Translations under genes and position numbers: made by a program
Assembly: GCA_003151625.1 (NCBI GenBank)
Contig: PLYC01000020.1
Span: 28,981 to 92,980, forward strand
From: Candidatus Doudnabacteria bacterium
GTDB taxonomy: Bacteria > Patescibacteriota > Doudnabacteria > UBA920
Length of the DNA: 64,000 nt
Direction: 5' to 3'
Shown: piece by piece, positions 1-10,519 of the stretch
How positions within the stretch are numbered: position 1 is the stretch's first letter
Layout: every line of letters starts with the position of its first letter
Notes under the pieces: model-generated
Seen by the model: the letters and a program-made list of their open reading frames with translations, nothing else
Databases searched by the model: none
Told to the model about the DNA's origin: nothing

Positions 1-1054
1 ACTTACTTGCTTCGCGAAAGGCGTTAAAACCAGGAAAATGATTATATAGCCATTGATACACATAAGGAAATGGATCGCCAGCTTGTTTACCTAAAAAAAC
101 ACCTAATAGTGCAACACAACCAAAAAATAATACATTTTTATTCTTTCTGTTCAAAATTAATCCTAAAAAAGCAAAAAAAGGTATCAGGAAAAAATATAAC
201 GGAATCGGTTGTACTATAAAATCAGTGGTGTAGGATCCCGTCCAAGTATAAAAAAACAATGTTGTAGATTTCAATATATCAAAAAATGAGTCACCAAATA
301 AGGTTCTATTAAACAATTCATTACTTGTTATTGCATGCTGAAACAATAGCGGTACTAACCAATACAAATTAATAGCAATAAAAACCAGAATTGAAATTAT
401 TAGAAGAAAAAACGTATTTTTTTTAATCCTATTTATAAAAAGATGATAGTATACAACATACAGAGAAATTATACATAAACTTATATAAGTTATTCTAAAA
501 TCATAAGCAGAAGAAAAAAATAAAAAAAATAAGCAATAAATTAAATTATTTCCCCTGTCCTCTTTAAAAAATCTTAATAAAAAATAAAAAGATAGGGCCG
601 CCATTCCAAAGGCACAAAATAATGGAATGGAATTAGATGCCAACACGTCAACATTAAGCAAAAAGACTAATCCAGCGGCTAGTGCTGCAATTCTGGATTT
701 AAAAAGATATAGGACTATTAAATAGGCGCCGAAAAATAATGAAAAAACCATCGGGAAAAAAAACAACAATCTTTCAGTAATATTAAAATCAAGTTTAAAA
801 ATATTATGTAGAAATTGTTCAGCTGCGTTTAACGGAGCATACGTTAATGTTAAATTGGATGATCCGGTCGAGACATTAGCACTCCATGCTCCCCTAGAAG
901 AAAAAAAAGTGGATTGCAATTCTCTATTATAATAACCCCAGTCACCCTGACTAAGTATTCCAAAACTAAAAAACCAAGTATGAAATATTAAGACTAGAAA
1001 CGCAATAAGTATTGCATACCAATATTTAGAAACTAACCTACTAATTACTTTCAT
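1..1054 (-). CDS. Polytopic membrane protein, GT-C-like glycosyltransferase (runs off window edge)
   Basis: Not in ORF track. ATG at 1054; manual translation MKVISRLVSKYWYAILIAFLVLIF...GDWGYY...NLYWLVP...FPGFNAFREASK stays open to base 1, with many hydrophobic segments. Confidence 0.7.
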   Translation of the reverse strand, partial: MKVISRLVSKYWYAILIAFLVLIFHTWFFSFGILSQGDWGYYNRELQSTFFSSRGAWSANVSTGSSNLTLTYAPLNAAEQFLHNIFKLDFNITERLLFFFPMVFSLFFGAYLIVLYLFKSRIAALAAGLVFLLNVDVLASNSIPLFCAFGMAALSFYFLLRFFKEDRGNNLIYCLFFLFFSSAYDFRITYISLCIISLYVVYYHLFINRIKKNTFFLLIISILVFIAINLYWLVPLLFQHAITSNELFNRTLFGDSFFDILKSTTLFFYTWTGSYTTDFIVQPIPLYFFLIPFFAFLGLILNRKNKNVLFFGCVALLGVFLGKQAGDPFPYVYQWLYNHFPGFNAFREASK

Positions 1055-1058
1055 TGTT

Positions 1059-1901
1059 TTAATAAAAATCCTTGAGTTCTTTAATTTGCTCGTGAATTGA
1101 AGGAATGATATCTTGAAAATATTTCTCTTGCTCAACGGAAGGGATAAGAGTGCGATCGCTTATGTTCTTTTCTTCTGGGATTACTTGTACATCTTTTTGG
1201 AAAATTTCTTTAAAAGAGTCTAACAATTTGTATTTACTTAACTTATCAGAAGTTATCTGGATAAGGGGCTTTTCGAAATTCAAATTATTTTCTATTATTC
1301 TCTCCATTATTTTGGCAATAGTCAAAGTAGTGACACCATTCCACATAACATTTTTATAACCCACAACTTTTTTATCCGTTACATTAAGAAACCAATCCAG
1401 TAAGTTTTTTGAGACATCCCTCTCCCTCCCGATTATAGAAGTGCGAATGGTTAAATTAGGCAGTTGCTTTAACTCTCCTAAATATTTAGAAACACCATAG
1501 ATAGATGTTTCGTCTGGAATATCCACTTCACTATAAGACCCTTTTCTCCCAGAAAAAATACAATCAGTGCTGAAGTGAATTAAGCGGACGCCGCCAGCTA
1601 AACATATTTGAGATAAAATTTGAGGAAAAATAGAATTAATTAAAATAGCCTTTTTGAAATCTTCGGATGTGTCAGTTGGACGAATAAAGCCTATACAATT
1701 TAAAACATATTCAGGTTTTTCGATTTTAATAATTCGCTGAATATTTTCTCTAAAATTTTCGTCGATATTAAAAAATATTCCACTATTTTTTACATTCTCC
1801 CTGTTTGTGCCTACAACAAAAAAATCACTATTTTTTAAAAAATATGCCTTGATGGCATTTCCTAACATCCCCTGTTCTCCTAAAAGCAAAATCTTTTTCA
1901 T
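1059..1901 (-). CDS. NDP-4-keto-6-deoxysugar reductase (RmlD-like extended SDR)
   Basis: GEQGMLG Rossmann motif, HFSTDCIFSG, YGVSK, IRTSIIG. Confidence 0.85.
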   Translation of the reverse strand: MKKILLLGEQGMLGNAIKAYFLKNSDFFVVGTNRENVKNSGIFFNIDENFRENIQRIIKIEKPEYVLNCIGFIRPTDTSEDFKKAILINSIFPQILSQICLAGGVRLIHFSTDCIFSGRKGSYSEVDIPDETSIYGVSKYLGELKQLPNLTIRTSIIGRERDVSKNLLDWFLNVTDKKVVGYKNVMWNGVTTLTIAKIMERIIENNLNFEKPLIQITSDKLSKYKLLDSFKEIFQKDVQVIPEEKNISDRTLIPSVEQEKYFQDIIPSIHEQIKELKDFY

Positions 1902-1971
1902 ATTTGATTTGATGAATTATTTCGATTTACGGGAAATAAAACACCTGCAGATTTCTTTATTTTTTAATATT

Positions 1972-3069
1972 TTATTTTCTAACCCACCCTTCAGAAACAA
2001 AAAATCTTTTTAGGTCCTTTTCGTTTAAACTTCGCAGATAATTAGTAGCCTCATTTTTATAATTTAAATTAAACCAACCATCTCTTTCTAATAAAGACTC
2101 AATTTCTTTTTGAGATAGCATGTGAGTATTATTTGAATTAAATTCTTCTAACCCAATCCTTACATTTAACTTGCCTTTATAAAAATCTTCGATTCTTTTT
2201 ATCTTTATTTGAGGCAAAATAACAAAATATTCATCTATTTCGAACGTCATAGGCATTTCGTATTTTGATACTAAAACTTCAAATAACTTTTCTCCTGGGC
2301 GAATACCAATATGTTTGATCTTGCTATTTTTATCGCCCAGTTTATTAATTAAAACCTTAGCCAAATTAATAATTTTACACGCCGGCGTTCTCATAACAAA
2401 AACCTCGCCACCCACGGAATTAACAGCGGCGTTCAAGACCAGCTCAATTGCTTCCTCTACCCTCATCAAAAACCTCGTCATCCCCTCATCGGTGATGGTT
2501 ATTTCGTTTAATCTAAAAAGCTGCTCCTTAAACAAAGGGATGACGCTCCCATTGGTTCCCATAACGTTACCACCCCTTATACAGACAAATTTTGTATCAT
2601 CAATTAGATTTGCCGCAATCACTAATTTTTCACCACATGCTTTGGTCACTCCGTAAAGATTAAACGGATCAACGGCTTTATCCGTCGAGACATCAATAAC
2701 TTTTTTAACCTTGTTCTCTATTGCGACTTCTATGATATTTTGAGTGCCTATAATATTAGTTTTAACAGCTTCCCATGGATTTTCTTCGCAAACAGGAACA
2801 TGTTTTAACGCCGCTAAATGAAAAACATAATCCACGCCATTCATTACCATGATTAATCGATCTTTGTCTCGAACATCTCCGATGTAATATTGAATCCTGT
2901 CGTCTTGAAATCTTCTTTTCATTTCAACTTGCCTCTGCTCGCCTCGCGAGTAAATCCTTATTTGCTTTGGGTTATATTTTTCTAATAATTGCCTGGTTAA
3001 TTCATTGCCCCAAGATCCAGTTCCGCCGGTTATTAAAATTGTCGAACTCCCAAAAAAATCTTTTTTCAT
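1972..3069 (-). CDS. UDP-GlcNAc 4,6-dehydratase (CapD/FnlA/PseB-like)
   Basis: ITGGTGSWG, HLAALKHVP, STDKA, YGVTK, RGGNV, GIRPGEKL. Confidence 0.9.
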   Translation of the reverse strand: MKKDFFGSSTILITGGTGSWGNELTRQLLEKYNPKQIRIYSRGEQRQVEMKRRFQDDRIQYYIGDVRDKDRLIMVMNGVDYVFHLAALKHVPVCEENPWEAVKTNIIGTQNIIEVAIENKVKKVIDVSTDKAVDPFNLYGVTKACGEKLVIAANLIDDTKFVCIRGGNVMGTNGSVIPLFKEQLFRLNEITITDEGMTRFLMRVEEAIELVLNAAVNSVGGEVFVMRTPACKIINLAKVLINKLGDKNSKIKHIGIRPGEKLFEVLVSKYEMPMTFEIDEYFVILPQIKIKRIEDFYKGKLNVRIGLEEFNSNNTHMLSQKEIESLLERDGWFNLNYKNEATNYLRSLNEKDLKRFFVSEGWVRK

Positions 3070-3078
3070 GATTTAATA

Positions 3079-4062
3079 TTACAATTTAATATTTGAAATT
3101 AAAAACTTTTTAAGTCGTTGTGGCATAAAATTAATTTTATGTATTAATTGCCAATCAGAAATTACCCTTTTAGCTTGTACTGAATTACGGAATGCTAAAA
3201 TAGCTCTTAAATTATAGATTGCTTCATTTAAAATTGTGAATGTAATATTCTTCGCGTATTTAAACTTTCCCGTCAACACATAGCCAATTGATAGTGAAAT
3301 ATAAAAAAATAGGAAATAGGAAAGAGCGAAAGGGAGAAACAATAAAGAATAGTTATTCATTATACAATTGAACTCACCTTTTACATAATATGATAACTTT
3401 TCGGGGGAAAAAGTTCCTATTACTCCACCCCCATAATGATATAAATATGTGTCATTAAGAAAAAAATGTTTGTAGCCCATTAAATTTAGGCGCCAACATA
3501 AATCAACATCTTCTGAGTAGAGAAAAAAGTTTTCGCAAAATCCACCTACCTTTTTGAAAACACTTCTCGTTATAAATAGCGGGCATCCTGTATTATGAAA
3601 TATTTTATCTTTGTCAAAATTTATAACTGGTGCAGCTATAAAATCTATCGTTGAACCATAGCCCAAATTTCCACTTAAATTCTGTTCTTCATAATCCACT
3701 ATAGCACAGCCGATTGTGCCAACCACACTTTTGTTTTGTATCAAATTATATTGCGTAATAAATTTAAAAATAAAATCTTTTTCAACATACATATCCTCAT
3801 TAAAGAACATAAGAAAATCCCCTTTAGCACTTTGAGCTCCCATATTACATGCGTGCCCATATCCTAAATTTTTGCTTCTCACAATCTTAACTAATTGATA
3901 GTTATCCTTTATATAATCAACGCTACCATCATTTGAATTATTATCAACAAAAATAATCTCAAAATTCTTATATGTTTGAGACAATAACGAATCAAACAGC
4001 TTTTTAAGCCATTTTTTGCCATTATAATTTACAATTATGATTGAAATCAGTGGATTATTCAT
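3079..4062 (-). CDS. Glycosyltransferase family 2
   Basis: ISIIIVNYNG, VDNNSNDGS, FFNED, FFLYSEDVDLCWR. Confidence 0.9.
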   Translation of the reverse strand: MNNPLISIIIVNYNGKKWLKKLFDSLLSQTYKNFEIIFVDNNSNDGSVDYIKDNYQLVKIVRSKNLGYGHACNMGAQSAKGDFLMFFNEDMYVEKDFIFKFITQYNLIQNKSVVGTIGCAIVDYEEQNLSGNLGYGSTIDFIAAPVINFDKDKIFHNTGCPLFITRSVFKKVGGFCENFFLYSEDVDLCWRLNLMGYKHFFLNDTYLYHYGGGVIGTFSPEKLSYYVKGEFNCIMNNYSLLFLPFALSYFLFFYISLSIGYVLTGKFKYAKNITFTILNEAIYNLRAILAFRNSVQAKRVISDWQLIHKINFMPQRLKKFLISNIKL

Positions 4063-4099
4063 AATTAGCTAATGTTCTAAATCTATTTTTTGACACTTA

Positions 4100-5086
4100 T
4101 CACTTCCTTTTTGATTTATAATATTCCAAAAACCCAACCACGCTGCCACGAATTGCTCCCAATTGGGAAGATTGTTTTGTTATAATAAATTGATAAAAAT
4201 AATAACAGTCCTGAAAAATTATATAAGAAACAAATCTAACGCCCTTAGAGAAGGAGTCTAATTTTATATTACGCAAATAGAATATAATAAAATTAACCAT
4301 TCGCGGATAACTGCTTGGTCGGTCATTGAAGAAACCGTCTTGGGAAGGGCAATGATACAAAATTACTTTAGGATTAAAAATCAGTTTATAACCCAAATTT
4401 TTAATCTTGAAAGAAGCGTCTCCCTCGTGATAATCGCCCACTCCGGTATAAGTAACGTCAAATCCCCCGATTCTCCTCAAAAGATTCGTTCTAACCGAAA
4501 AATTACAGGCTTCTAAATTATTAACTTCCTGAAAATTTTCCTTGAGAGACCCTGGATAACTTGATCCCAGAGAGAAGGCGCCAGATTTAAACCAGTGGCT
4601 TACCTTATATGGCTCGCCTTCCATAAGAAAATTAAAATATATTTCCCCGATTATTTTCCAGAAAAAATTTCCGTCTTTAAATTTTCTTTCGAAAGAAAAC
4701 AAATCTCTATTTTTTATATATTCTTCCGGAATAATACTCGGGCCGGTCACGCCGCCAATTCTTTCGTCTTGTCCAAATGTTTCCTTAATTGATTCGAGCC
4801 AACGCTCACGCATGACAACATCATCATCGGTTCTAATAAAAATTTCTCCTTTAGCTTTTTCAAGGGCTAAATTAGCTGCTCTCGATAGACCCTTTTCCAT
4901 CTGATTAATAATTACGATATTTAAAATTTTCTTGTATTCGTCTATTAATTTAAAAACCTCATTTTTTGATCTGTAGTCAACAATAATAGTTTCAAAATTC
5001 TTATAAGTTTGATTTTTAAGAGAGTCTAAAACTTTTTTCAAACTTTCCTTCCTATTTCCTGTTGGAATGAAAACTGATATAAACAT
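4100..5086 (-). CDS. Glycosyltransferase family 2
   Basis: ISVFIPTGNR, RTDDDV (DxD), IGGFD. Confidence 0.9.
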   Translation of the reverse strand: MFISVFIPTGNRKESLKKVLDSLKNQTYKNFETIIVDYRSKNEVFKLIDEYKKILNIVIINQMEKGLSRAANLALEKAKGEIFIRTDDDVVMRERWLESIKETFGQDERIGGVTGPSIIPEEYIKNRDLFSFERKFKDGNFFWKIIGEIYFNFLMEGEPYKVSHWFKSGAFSLGSSYPGSLKENFQEVNNLEACNFSVRTNLLRRIGGFDVTYTGVGDYHEGDASFKIKNLGYKLIFNPKVILYHCPSQDGFFNDRPSSYPRMVNFIIFYLRNIKLDSFSKGVRFVSYIIFQDCYYFYQFIITKQSSQLGAIRGSVVGFLEYYKSKRK

Positions 5087-5103
5087 AGTTTTTAAAACCT
5101 TTA

Positions 5104-5940
5104 TTAGTATACTATTCTTTCGAGTTTTCCCAAAAAATACCCTGTTTTATAAGGAATCCCCTTAATAAGCAACAATAATACTGATGCAAAACTCTCTTTC
5201 CACGTTCCTTCCTGGAATAATCCCTTTCTAAATCTCTCTTTCTCATTTAAAAGCTTTGTATACTTATTCGTCCTAGCACCAACGCTTGTATACCCCCACC
5301 TGTAAAATTTACGCCATATAACCAAAAGAGAGTTGGGCTCGATATGTTTTACGGCGTTTGGTAATAAATCAACTCTGTGGCTAATATTCCACGCTTCAAA
5401 ATAAATAATTGCATGATCTTGACCACCCACATTTTCAAGAACATCGATGGGGATATTGGCAAATGCCTTTTTAAGTATTTCCGTTCTATAAAATCTCGGC
5501 AACATTGCACCAGTTAACGGGTCAAAATCCTTTACTCTATGAATTAACTCTCTATCATAATGAAATAATTTTTCGATAAAATTATCACACCTATATACAT
5601 CTTCTTCTAAAATTAGCATATCTTTTGCGCTATCCATTTCAGCAATGGCTCTTTCAACACAGGTTGATTCCAGGATTTGATCGCTGTCAAGAAGCAAGAT
5701 ATACTCGCCATTTGCAATTTTCAAACCTTCATACCTAGCTCCCAAAAGAGCCTCCGGATAGTTTATAATTTTCGCTCCAAATTTTCTTGCTATTTCAATA
5801 GTATTGTCCTTTGAATTGCCATCAATAATATTAATCTCAATATTTTTGTACGTCTGACGGCGGACGGCATCAAGGCATCTCTCCAAAAAGAAAGCGCTAT
5901 TGAACGTTGGAATTGAAATTGTAACTAATGATTTACTCAT
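5104..5940 (-). CDS. Glycosyltransferase family 2
   Basis: VTISIPTFNS, IIDGNSKD, LLDSDQ; start taken at MSKSLV (ORF track extends to 5982). Confidence 0.85.
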   Translation of the reverse strand: MSKSLVTISIPTFNSAFFLERCLDAVRRQTYKNIEINIIDGNSKDNTIEIARKFGAKIINYPEALLGARYEGLKIANGEYILLLDSDQILESTCVERAIAEMDSAKDMLILEEDVYRCDNFIEKLFHYDRELIHRVKDFDPLTGAMLPRFYRTEILKKAFANIPIDVLENVGGQDHAIIYFEAWNISHRVDLLPNAVKHIEPNSLLVIWRKFYRWGYTSVGARTNKYTKLLNEKERFRKGLFQEGTWKESFASVLLLLIKGIPYKTGYFLGKLERIVY

Positions 5941-6000
5941 GTTCCATATTTTTTTATTTGATGATATGTGTTCCTTTGGCACCTATAAAATCTCCGTAAC

Positions 6001-6834
6001 CTATTTCAAAATTGATTTCCTTGCTCCACTCTCCCTTCCCGCCAAATATCCGGCTCCGCCAAATCCAAATTTGAAGATATTGTATATTAAAAATTCGAGG
6101 CTCAATATCGGATGCTCAATAAATTTTTTCCAGTTTTTTGCGTATACTCCCCTAAAAAAACCCAATTGCTGCGGAGCTTCTTGCTTGTTTTCTTGAACGT
6201 AATTTACAAAGTTTTTTCCATAATGATAATATTTCTTCATATGTTTCCAAAAACTTTTTGGCTCTCCCAAATGTAAAGCCTCCGCCTCTATAAATCCCGT
6301 TTTATATCCACTTCTGTTCAATTTGTTTTGAAAATCATAATCTTCTCCGGCGATAATTTTTTCATTAAAACCGCCTATTTTCGCGTGAACTTCTCTTTTT
6401 ATAAATCGTGCCGATGAATGCGTAAGGTCATATTTATACATATCAACTTCAAATTTTCGCACCTTTGCAATCCATGAAACGGTTACGTCAGGAGAGTTGT
6501 GCACCACGATAGCATCATAGCCTTTTGCAGCTTCGGCAACACATTGCTCAACAACTTTATCATCCAAAACGAAGTCAGAATCAACCTTATAAACATATTT
6601 GCCACTAGCCTTAGTGACTCCATAATTAACCTGTGCACTTCGTTCCGGTCCGTAGTTAAAAACCTTGTCGGTATATTTCTTTGCAATCTCTTTTGTATCG
6701 TCGGTGCTGTTATTATCGACCACGATCAGCTCGATATTTTTGTAGCTTTGGTTTTTTATCGACTTCAAACATGCTTCAAGCGTTCTTGAAGAATTTTTTG
6801 TGGGAATAATGACCGAGACAAGAGGATTATCCAT
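6001..6834 (-). CDS. Glycosyltransferase family 2
   Basis: VSVIIPTKNS, VVDNNSTD, VDSDF, GEDYDF; start MDNPLV overlaps upstream stop. Confidence 0.88.
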   Translation of the reverse strand: MDNPLVSVIIPTKNSSRTLEACLKSIKNQSYKNIELIVVDNNSTDDTKEIAKKYTDKVFNYGPERSAQVNYGVTKASGKYVYKVDSDFVLDDKVVEQCVAEAAKGYDAIVVHNSPDVTVSWIAKVRKFEVDMYKYDLTHSSARFIKREVHAKIGGFNEKIIAGEDYDFQNKLNRSGYKTGFIEAEALHLGEPKSFWKHMKKYYHYGKNFVNYVQENKQEAPQQLGFFRGVYAKNWKKFIEHPILSLEFLIYNIFKFGFGGAGYLAGRESGARKSILK

Positions 6835-7927
6835 TGATTTTCTCCATGAACTGCCGATAGGAATTTTCAAAATTAATCTCTTTACTCCATTCCCAGCCGT
6901 TTTTTTGCAGTCGTTCGTATTCTTCCTTATTTTTCAAGAGTTTTATAATGTTTTCCGCCAGATTTTTAGGCGTATTCGTTTCACACATGATTCCCGTTTT
7001 CCCGTTTTTTACGCTATCACATAAACCGTCCGCGTTGTAAATTACTGCCGCCGTTCCCTGGCTGGCCGCTTCGGTAACAGTAAGCCCCCAGCCTTCCTTT
7101 ACGGCAGCCGCGGCAATAATGTGACTTTTTTGCATAAGCTCAATTTTCTTTTCCTTGCTTACCTTGCCTAAATATTTGACTGAAGAAGCATAGCGAGAAT
7201 TTTTTATGTGCGTGAGAATTTTTGCTCCATATCGACCATTGGCGTCCCCAGCAATAACAAGTTCCAGATTGGGAGTGGACGCTTTCGCGACTTCAAACGC
7301 TTTGACTATATGGCTGGTGCGCTTCATGGCGCGAACAGAGCCAAGCGCGAGAATGGTGGGATTCTCGTATTTTTGCGCCGATTCAAGATTAGGCACGGGC
7401 TCAATTTCTATTCCCTCGCTTATTATAGCAACATTGTCGGGCTTAAAGCCATAACGCGCCAGATCTTTTTTTGTGCTCTCCGATACCGTTATAACTTTTA
7501 TGTCCGAAAGTAACCATAGATAGATTGGCTCAATCACATACCCTAGAACATTCAACGGAAACGGCATTTCGTAAAACCAAATTTCGCGACAAAGCTGGTG
7601 TATAAACAGAATATTCTTTTCCTTAACGTAAAACTTGCAAAAAAACGGTAAAGTATTTACTTCGTCAATCGCCAAGTTTGCCCAGCTGCGCAGGTTTTTC
7701 CTATAGTAACGATATGCCTTCCAATATACGCTCCACCGATTACCGAGCCGCACTACGCGGTAACCGTCAATTTTTTCTTCGGGCAGACATCCTTTAAATC
7801 CCCCGACTAAAAAAATCACCTCATGCCCATCGCGCACGAGCCGCTTCGCAATTTCCTCATTGACAACCTCTGCTCCCCCGCTTAAAGGATGCGCCCGGTC
7901 TTTCCATGTAAACCATAAAATTTTCAT
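6827..7927 (-). CDS. Glycosyltransferase family 4
   Basis: GGAEVV N-terminus, EGWGLTVTEAA (Ex7E). Confidence 0.9.
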   Translation of the reverse strand: MKILWFTWKDRAHPLSGGAEVVNEEIAKRLVRDGHEVIFLVGGFKGCLPEEKIDGYRVVRLGNRWSVYWKAYRYYRKNLRSWANLAIDEVNTLPFFCKFYVKEKNILFIHQLCREIWFYEMPFPLNVLGYVIEPIYLWLLSDIKVITVSESTKKDLARYGFKPDNVAIISEGIEIEPVPNLESAQKYENPTILALGSVRAMKRTSHIVKAFEVAKASTPNLELVIAGDANGRYGAKILTHIKNSRYASSVKYLGKVSKEKKIELMQKSHIIAAAAVKEGWGLTVTEAASQGTAAVIYNADGLCDSVKNGKTGIMCETNTPKNLAENIIKLLKNKEEYERLQKNGWEWSKEINFENSYRQFMEKING

Positions 7928-7955
7928 ACCAAATTCCCGATGATTGAGGAAACAT

Positions 7956-8903
7956 TTATAATTTCTTTTTTCGTATCACGTACATCGGCCGGTTTGTGGT
8001 CTCGTTCTGTATATTCTCAATGTAGAGCGCGACAACCCCGAGACACATAAGAACAATGCCGATAAGAAATACATTGATAATGGCAAGCTGGGCGGAACCC
8101 GAAATATGCCAGCTCAAAGCATCATGGAAAACATAACGCTCAAAGAATACCGCTATGCCGAGCAGTCCTGAACAGAAAGTGATAAAAGTCCCAAGGTAGC
8201 CCGCGATACGAAGGGGAAACAGGCTATGGGAAACAAAGGAATACATTGCCAAATGAAAAAGCTTTCCCAAAGAATATTTTGCTTGCCCGTTCGCCCGTTC
8301 GTTCGCGTTAAACTCAATGTATTCCCGCCTAAACCCAAGCCAGTCAATTAGCGCCCTGGTGTTTCTTTGGCGTTCCGTAAAGGTATTAAAAGCATCAGCG
8401 ACCGAGCGGTTAATGAGCCGGAAATCGGTTTCCCGCGGAACCATAGCGGTATTGGAAATCGCACCTATAAGTTTGTAATACAGTGTCGCGCCACACTTCT
8501 TTATCAGGGAATAGCTTTTATTGTTCGCCCGGACGCCCACGACCACCTCTGCGCCATTTTGCCATTTCTCCAAAAAAAGCGGAATAAGTTCGGGAGGATG
8601 CTGAAGGTCGGCGTCAAGCATAATAACGGCGGCTCCGCGGGCATGGCGGATGCCGGCAGAGGTTGCTATTTCCTTGCCAAAATTCCTGGAAAAAGAAATA
8701 AGCTTAACCCGGAGGTCGCTTTGGGTCAATTTTTCTATCTCTGCGGCAGTACCGTCCGCGCTGCCGTCGTCAATAAACAAAAACTCGGCATCGTAGCGGG
8801 AGTTGAGGGATACAAAAACGCCCGTGAGCGCTTGGTGTAAGCGCGACAGATTGTCCTTTTCGTTATAGCAGGGAATAACGACTGAAATAAGCGGATGTTC
8901 CAT
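7956..8903 (-). CDS. Polyprenyl-phosphate glycosyltransferase (GtrB/ArnC/DPM-synthase-like GT2)
   Basis: DDGSADGT, FSRNFGKE, LDADLQHPPE, two C-terminal TM helices, RPMYVI end. Confidence 0.9.
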   Translation of the reverse strand: MEHPLISVVIPCYNEKDNLSRLHQALTGVFVSLNSRYDAEFLFIDDGSADGTAAEIEKLTQSDLRVKLISFSRNFGKEIATSAGIRHARGAAVIMLDADLQHPPELIPLFLEKWQNGAEVVVGVRANNKSYSLIKKCGATLYYKLIGAISNTAMVPRETDFRLINRSVADAFNTFTERQRNTRALIDWLGFRREYIEFNANERANGQAKYSLGKLFHLAMYSFVSHSLFPLRIAGYLGTFITFCSGLLGIAVFFERYVFHDALSWHISGSAQLAIINVFLIGIVLMCLGVVALYIENIQNETTNRPMYVIRKKKL

Positions 8904-8911
8904 ATTTTGTA

Positions 8912-10219
8912 TTATATACCTACAATAGGCTGGGCTTCAAGGAATCGTTTTTTCCCGGACCACAGATTTAAACAAAGGACTAAAACGTAACCGCACATAA
9001 ATGCCATAGTGATTGCCAGCGCTATCTCACGGATGCTCGCGTGGAAAAGAGCGACGCCGGACGCGGCGAGCGCAATGGTGGCAAGGAGCGCAAACGAAAC
9101 CCAATAAAGGTGCCGCGCGTACGCAAAGTTCGCTTCAAGCGTAAGAATGGAAAGAAAAAAGGTTAGCGGGCCAAAAAGCCAGAGGTCGTTTGCCACGGAA
9201 AGATATTTTGCGCCAAAAAGCATATGTACCGTAAGGCTTGGAAAAACAGCAAAAAGTAAAGAGCCGCCCGCGCTTATTACCGCAATGGCTCCATAGGCGA
9301 ACAAAACGGTCTTTAAGCCCGCCCTTTGTCCTTCGTGTCCCGCGGCATACACGCTCGGCAATACGGAAGCGATAACCGCCGCGTTTAACGTCAGAATAAC
9401 GGTCCCCAGGGTATGGAGCGCACCGTAAAATCCGGTCATCTCCGAGGATGTCAGGTTTTTCACCAAAAAAATATCTATATTGCCGAGCAGGATCATGAGC
9501 AGGGTAAAAATAAAGACATGCCGCATCTCCCGCCGGAAATTAAATTTCGCGTAATACGTTTGCTGCCAGTCGCCGCTGGGCGCCTCTTTTGTTTTTCCGC
9601 CGGGAAAATATAGCTTATAAAATAAAATGTAAGACAAAAGCCCGACGGCAGATCCAATAACAAACGAAAAAAGTACGGCGGACGCAGTAGGAAAAAATAA
9701 AACAATGATATAACCGGCAACCAGCTTTCCGGCCGCGCCTAAAATTCCCGCCAGGCCCACCGGAAGAAAATGTTCCCAGCCGGTAAGCGCTGAACTGTAT
9801 ATGGATATATATATGCCACCGAGAGAGGCGATTATTATAAAGATAAGCCCGTAATAACCGGACAAATGGAGTACCAGTACAATAAACGGTGTAAGTACAA
9901 GCAAAAGCCCAAAATATATAAAAACCCCTTTGTTGATTTTTGCCCTTGCCCACTCCATAAAGGCTTGGTTAGAGGCAAAATCTTTCGCTTTCCAAAAAAC
10001 GGGAAAAAACTTGAGAAAGAGATAGCCCAGCATTGATGCTACGGCGCCTGTTGTAAGAAACAGCGAATTCAGACTCTGAAATTCGCCATACCCGGCAACG
10101 GTCAGCCTTCGCGAAATTACGAATTGAAAAAAATAACCAAAAACCCCGGCAATAAGAGCTCCGAGGCTTAAGATGACGCTGTTCTTTACGAGCTTGTCTT
10201 TTAAAAAAAATTGGCGCAT
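8912..10219 (-). CDS. Oligosaccharide flippase (Wzx/MOP superfamily)
   Basis: About 12 TM segments; ISRRLTVAGYGEF and NIDIFLVKNL...GFYG patterns. Confidence 0.8.
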   Translation of the reverse strand: MRQFFLKDKLVKNSVILSLGALIAGVFGYFFQFVISRRLTVAGYGEFQSLNSLFLTTGAVASMLGYLFLKFFPVFWKAKDFASNQAFMEWARAKINKGVFIYFGLLLVLTPFIVLVLHLSGYYGLIFIIIASLGGIYISIYSSALTGWEHFLPVGLAGILGAAGKLVAGYIIVLFFPTASAVLFSFVIGSAVGLLSYILFYKLYFPGGKTKEAPSGDWQQTYYAKFNFRREMRHVFIFTLLMILLGNIDIFLVKNLTSSEMTGFYGALHTLGTVILTLNAAVIASVLPSVYAAGHEGQRAGLKTVLFAYGAIAVISAGGSLLFAVFPSLTVHMLFGAKYLSVANDLWLFGPLTFFLSILTLEANFAYARHLYWVSFALLATIALAASGVALFHASIREIALAITMAFMCGYVLVLCLNLWSGKKRFLEAQPIVGI

Positions 10220-10255
10220 AGGTGCCTTTAAAAACGAAATTACGGCCCGGGGAAT

Positions 10256-10372
10256 TTATTAGTGACGTAGAGCGAGTGAAAGTTATCCGCCTGAGGCGGA
10301 TAACTTTCCGAGCCGAGGAGCTAATACAGGTTCAATACTTCGCAGCTCTGCTTCGAGGAACCTTTATATTTT
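10256..10372 (-). repeat. Dispersed structured element, copy A (conserved flanks, variable hairpin)
   Basis: Reverse complement of 10307-10338 is identical to 46485-46516 (32 nt); perfect 14-bp stem at 10278-10308. Confidence 0.85.
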
Positions 10373-10430
10373 ATTTATATTTTTGTCCAATAATACTAGG
10401 CGAGCAAAAAAGGAAAATTTGTCAAAAAAG

Positions 10431-10478
10431 TTATCCACAGCCCAGAAAATAGACATTGGTAGTTAAAAGGTTTATAAT
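10431..10478 (+). promoter_or_regulatory. Sigma70-type promoter of the surface protein gene with upstream DnaA box
   Basis: TTATCCACA 10431-10439; TAGACA(10450)-17 nt-TATAAT(10473). Confidence 0.6.
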
Positions 10479-10519
10479 AAATTAAAGCTTAATAATACTT
10501 ATAACTAATTTATACTACA

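Noticed and set aside
10431-10439. Replication origin
   Set aside because: Single DnaA boxes only; no cluster and no dnaA/dnaN nearby
10222-10452. 76-aa ORF
   Set aside because: Runs across repeat copy A and the divergent promoter region; no protein-like features
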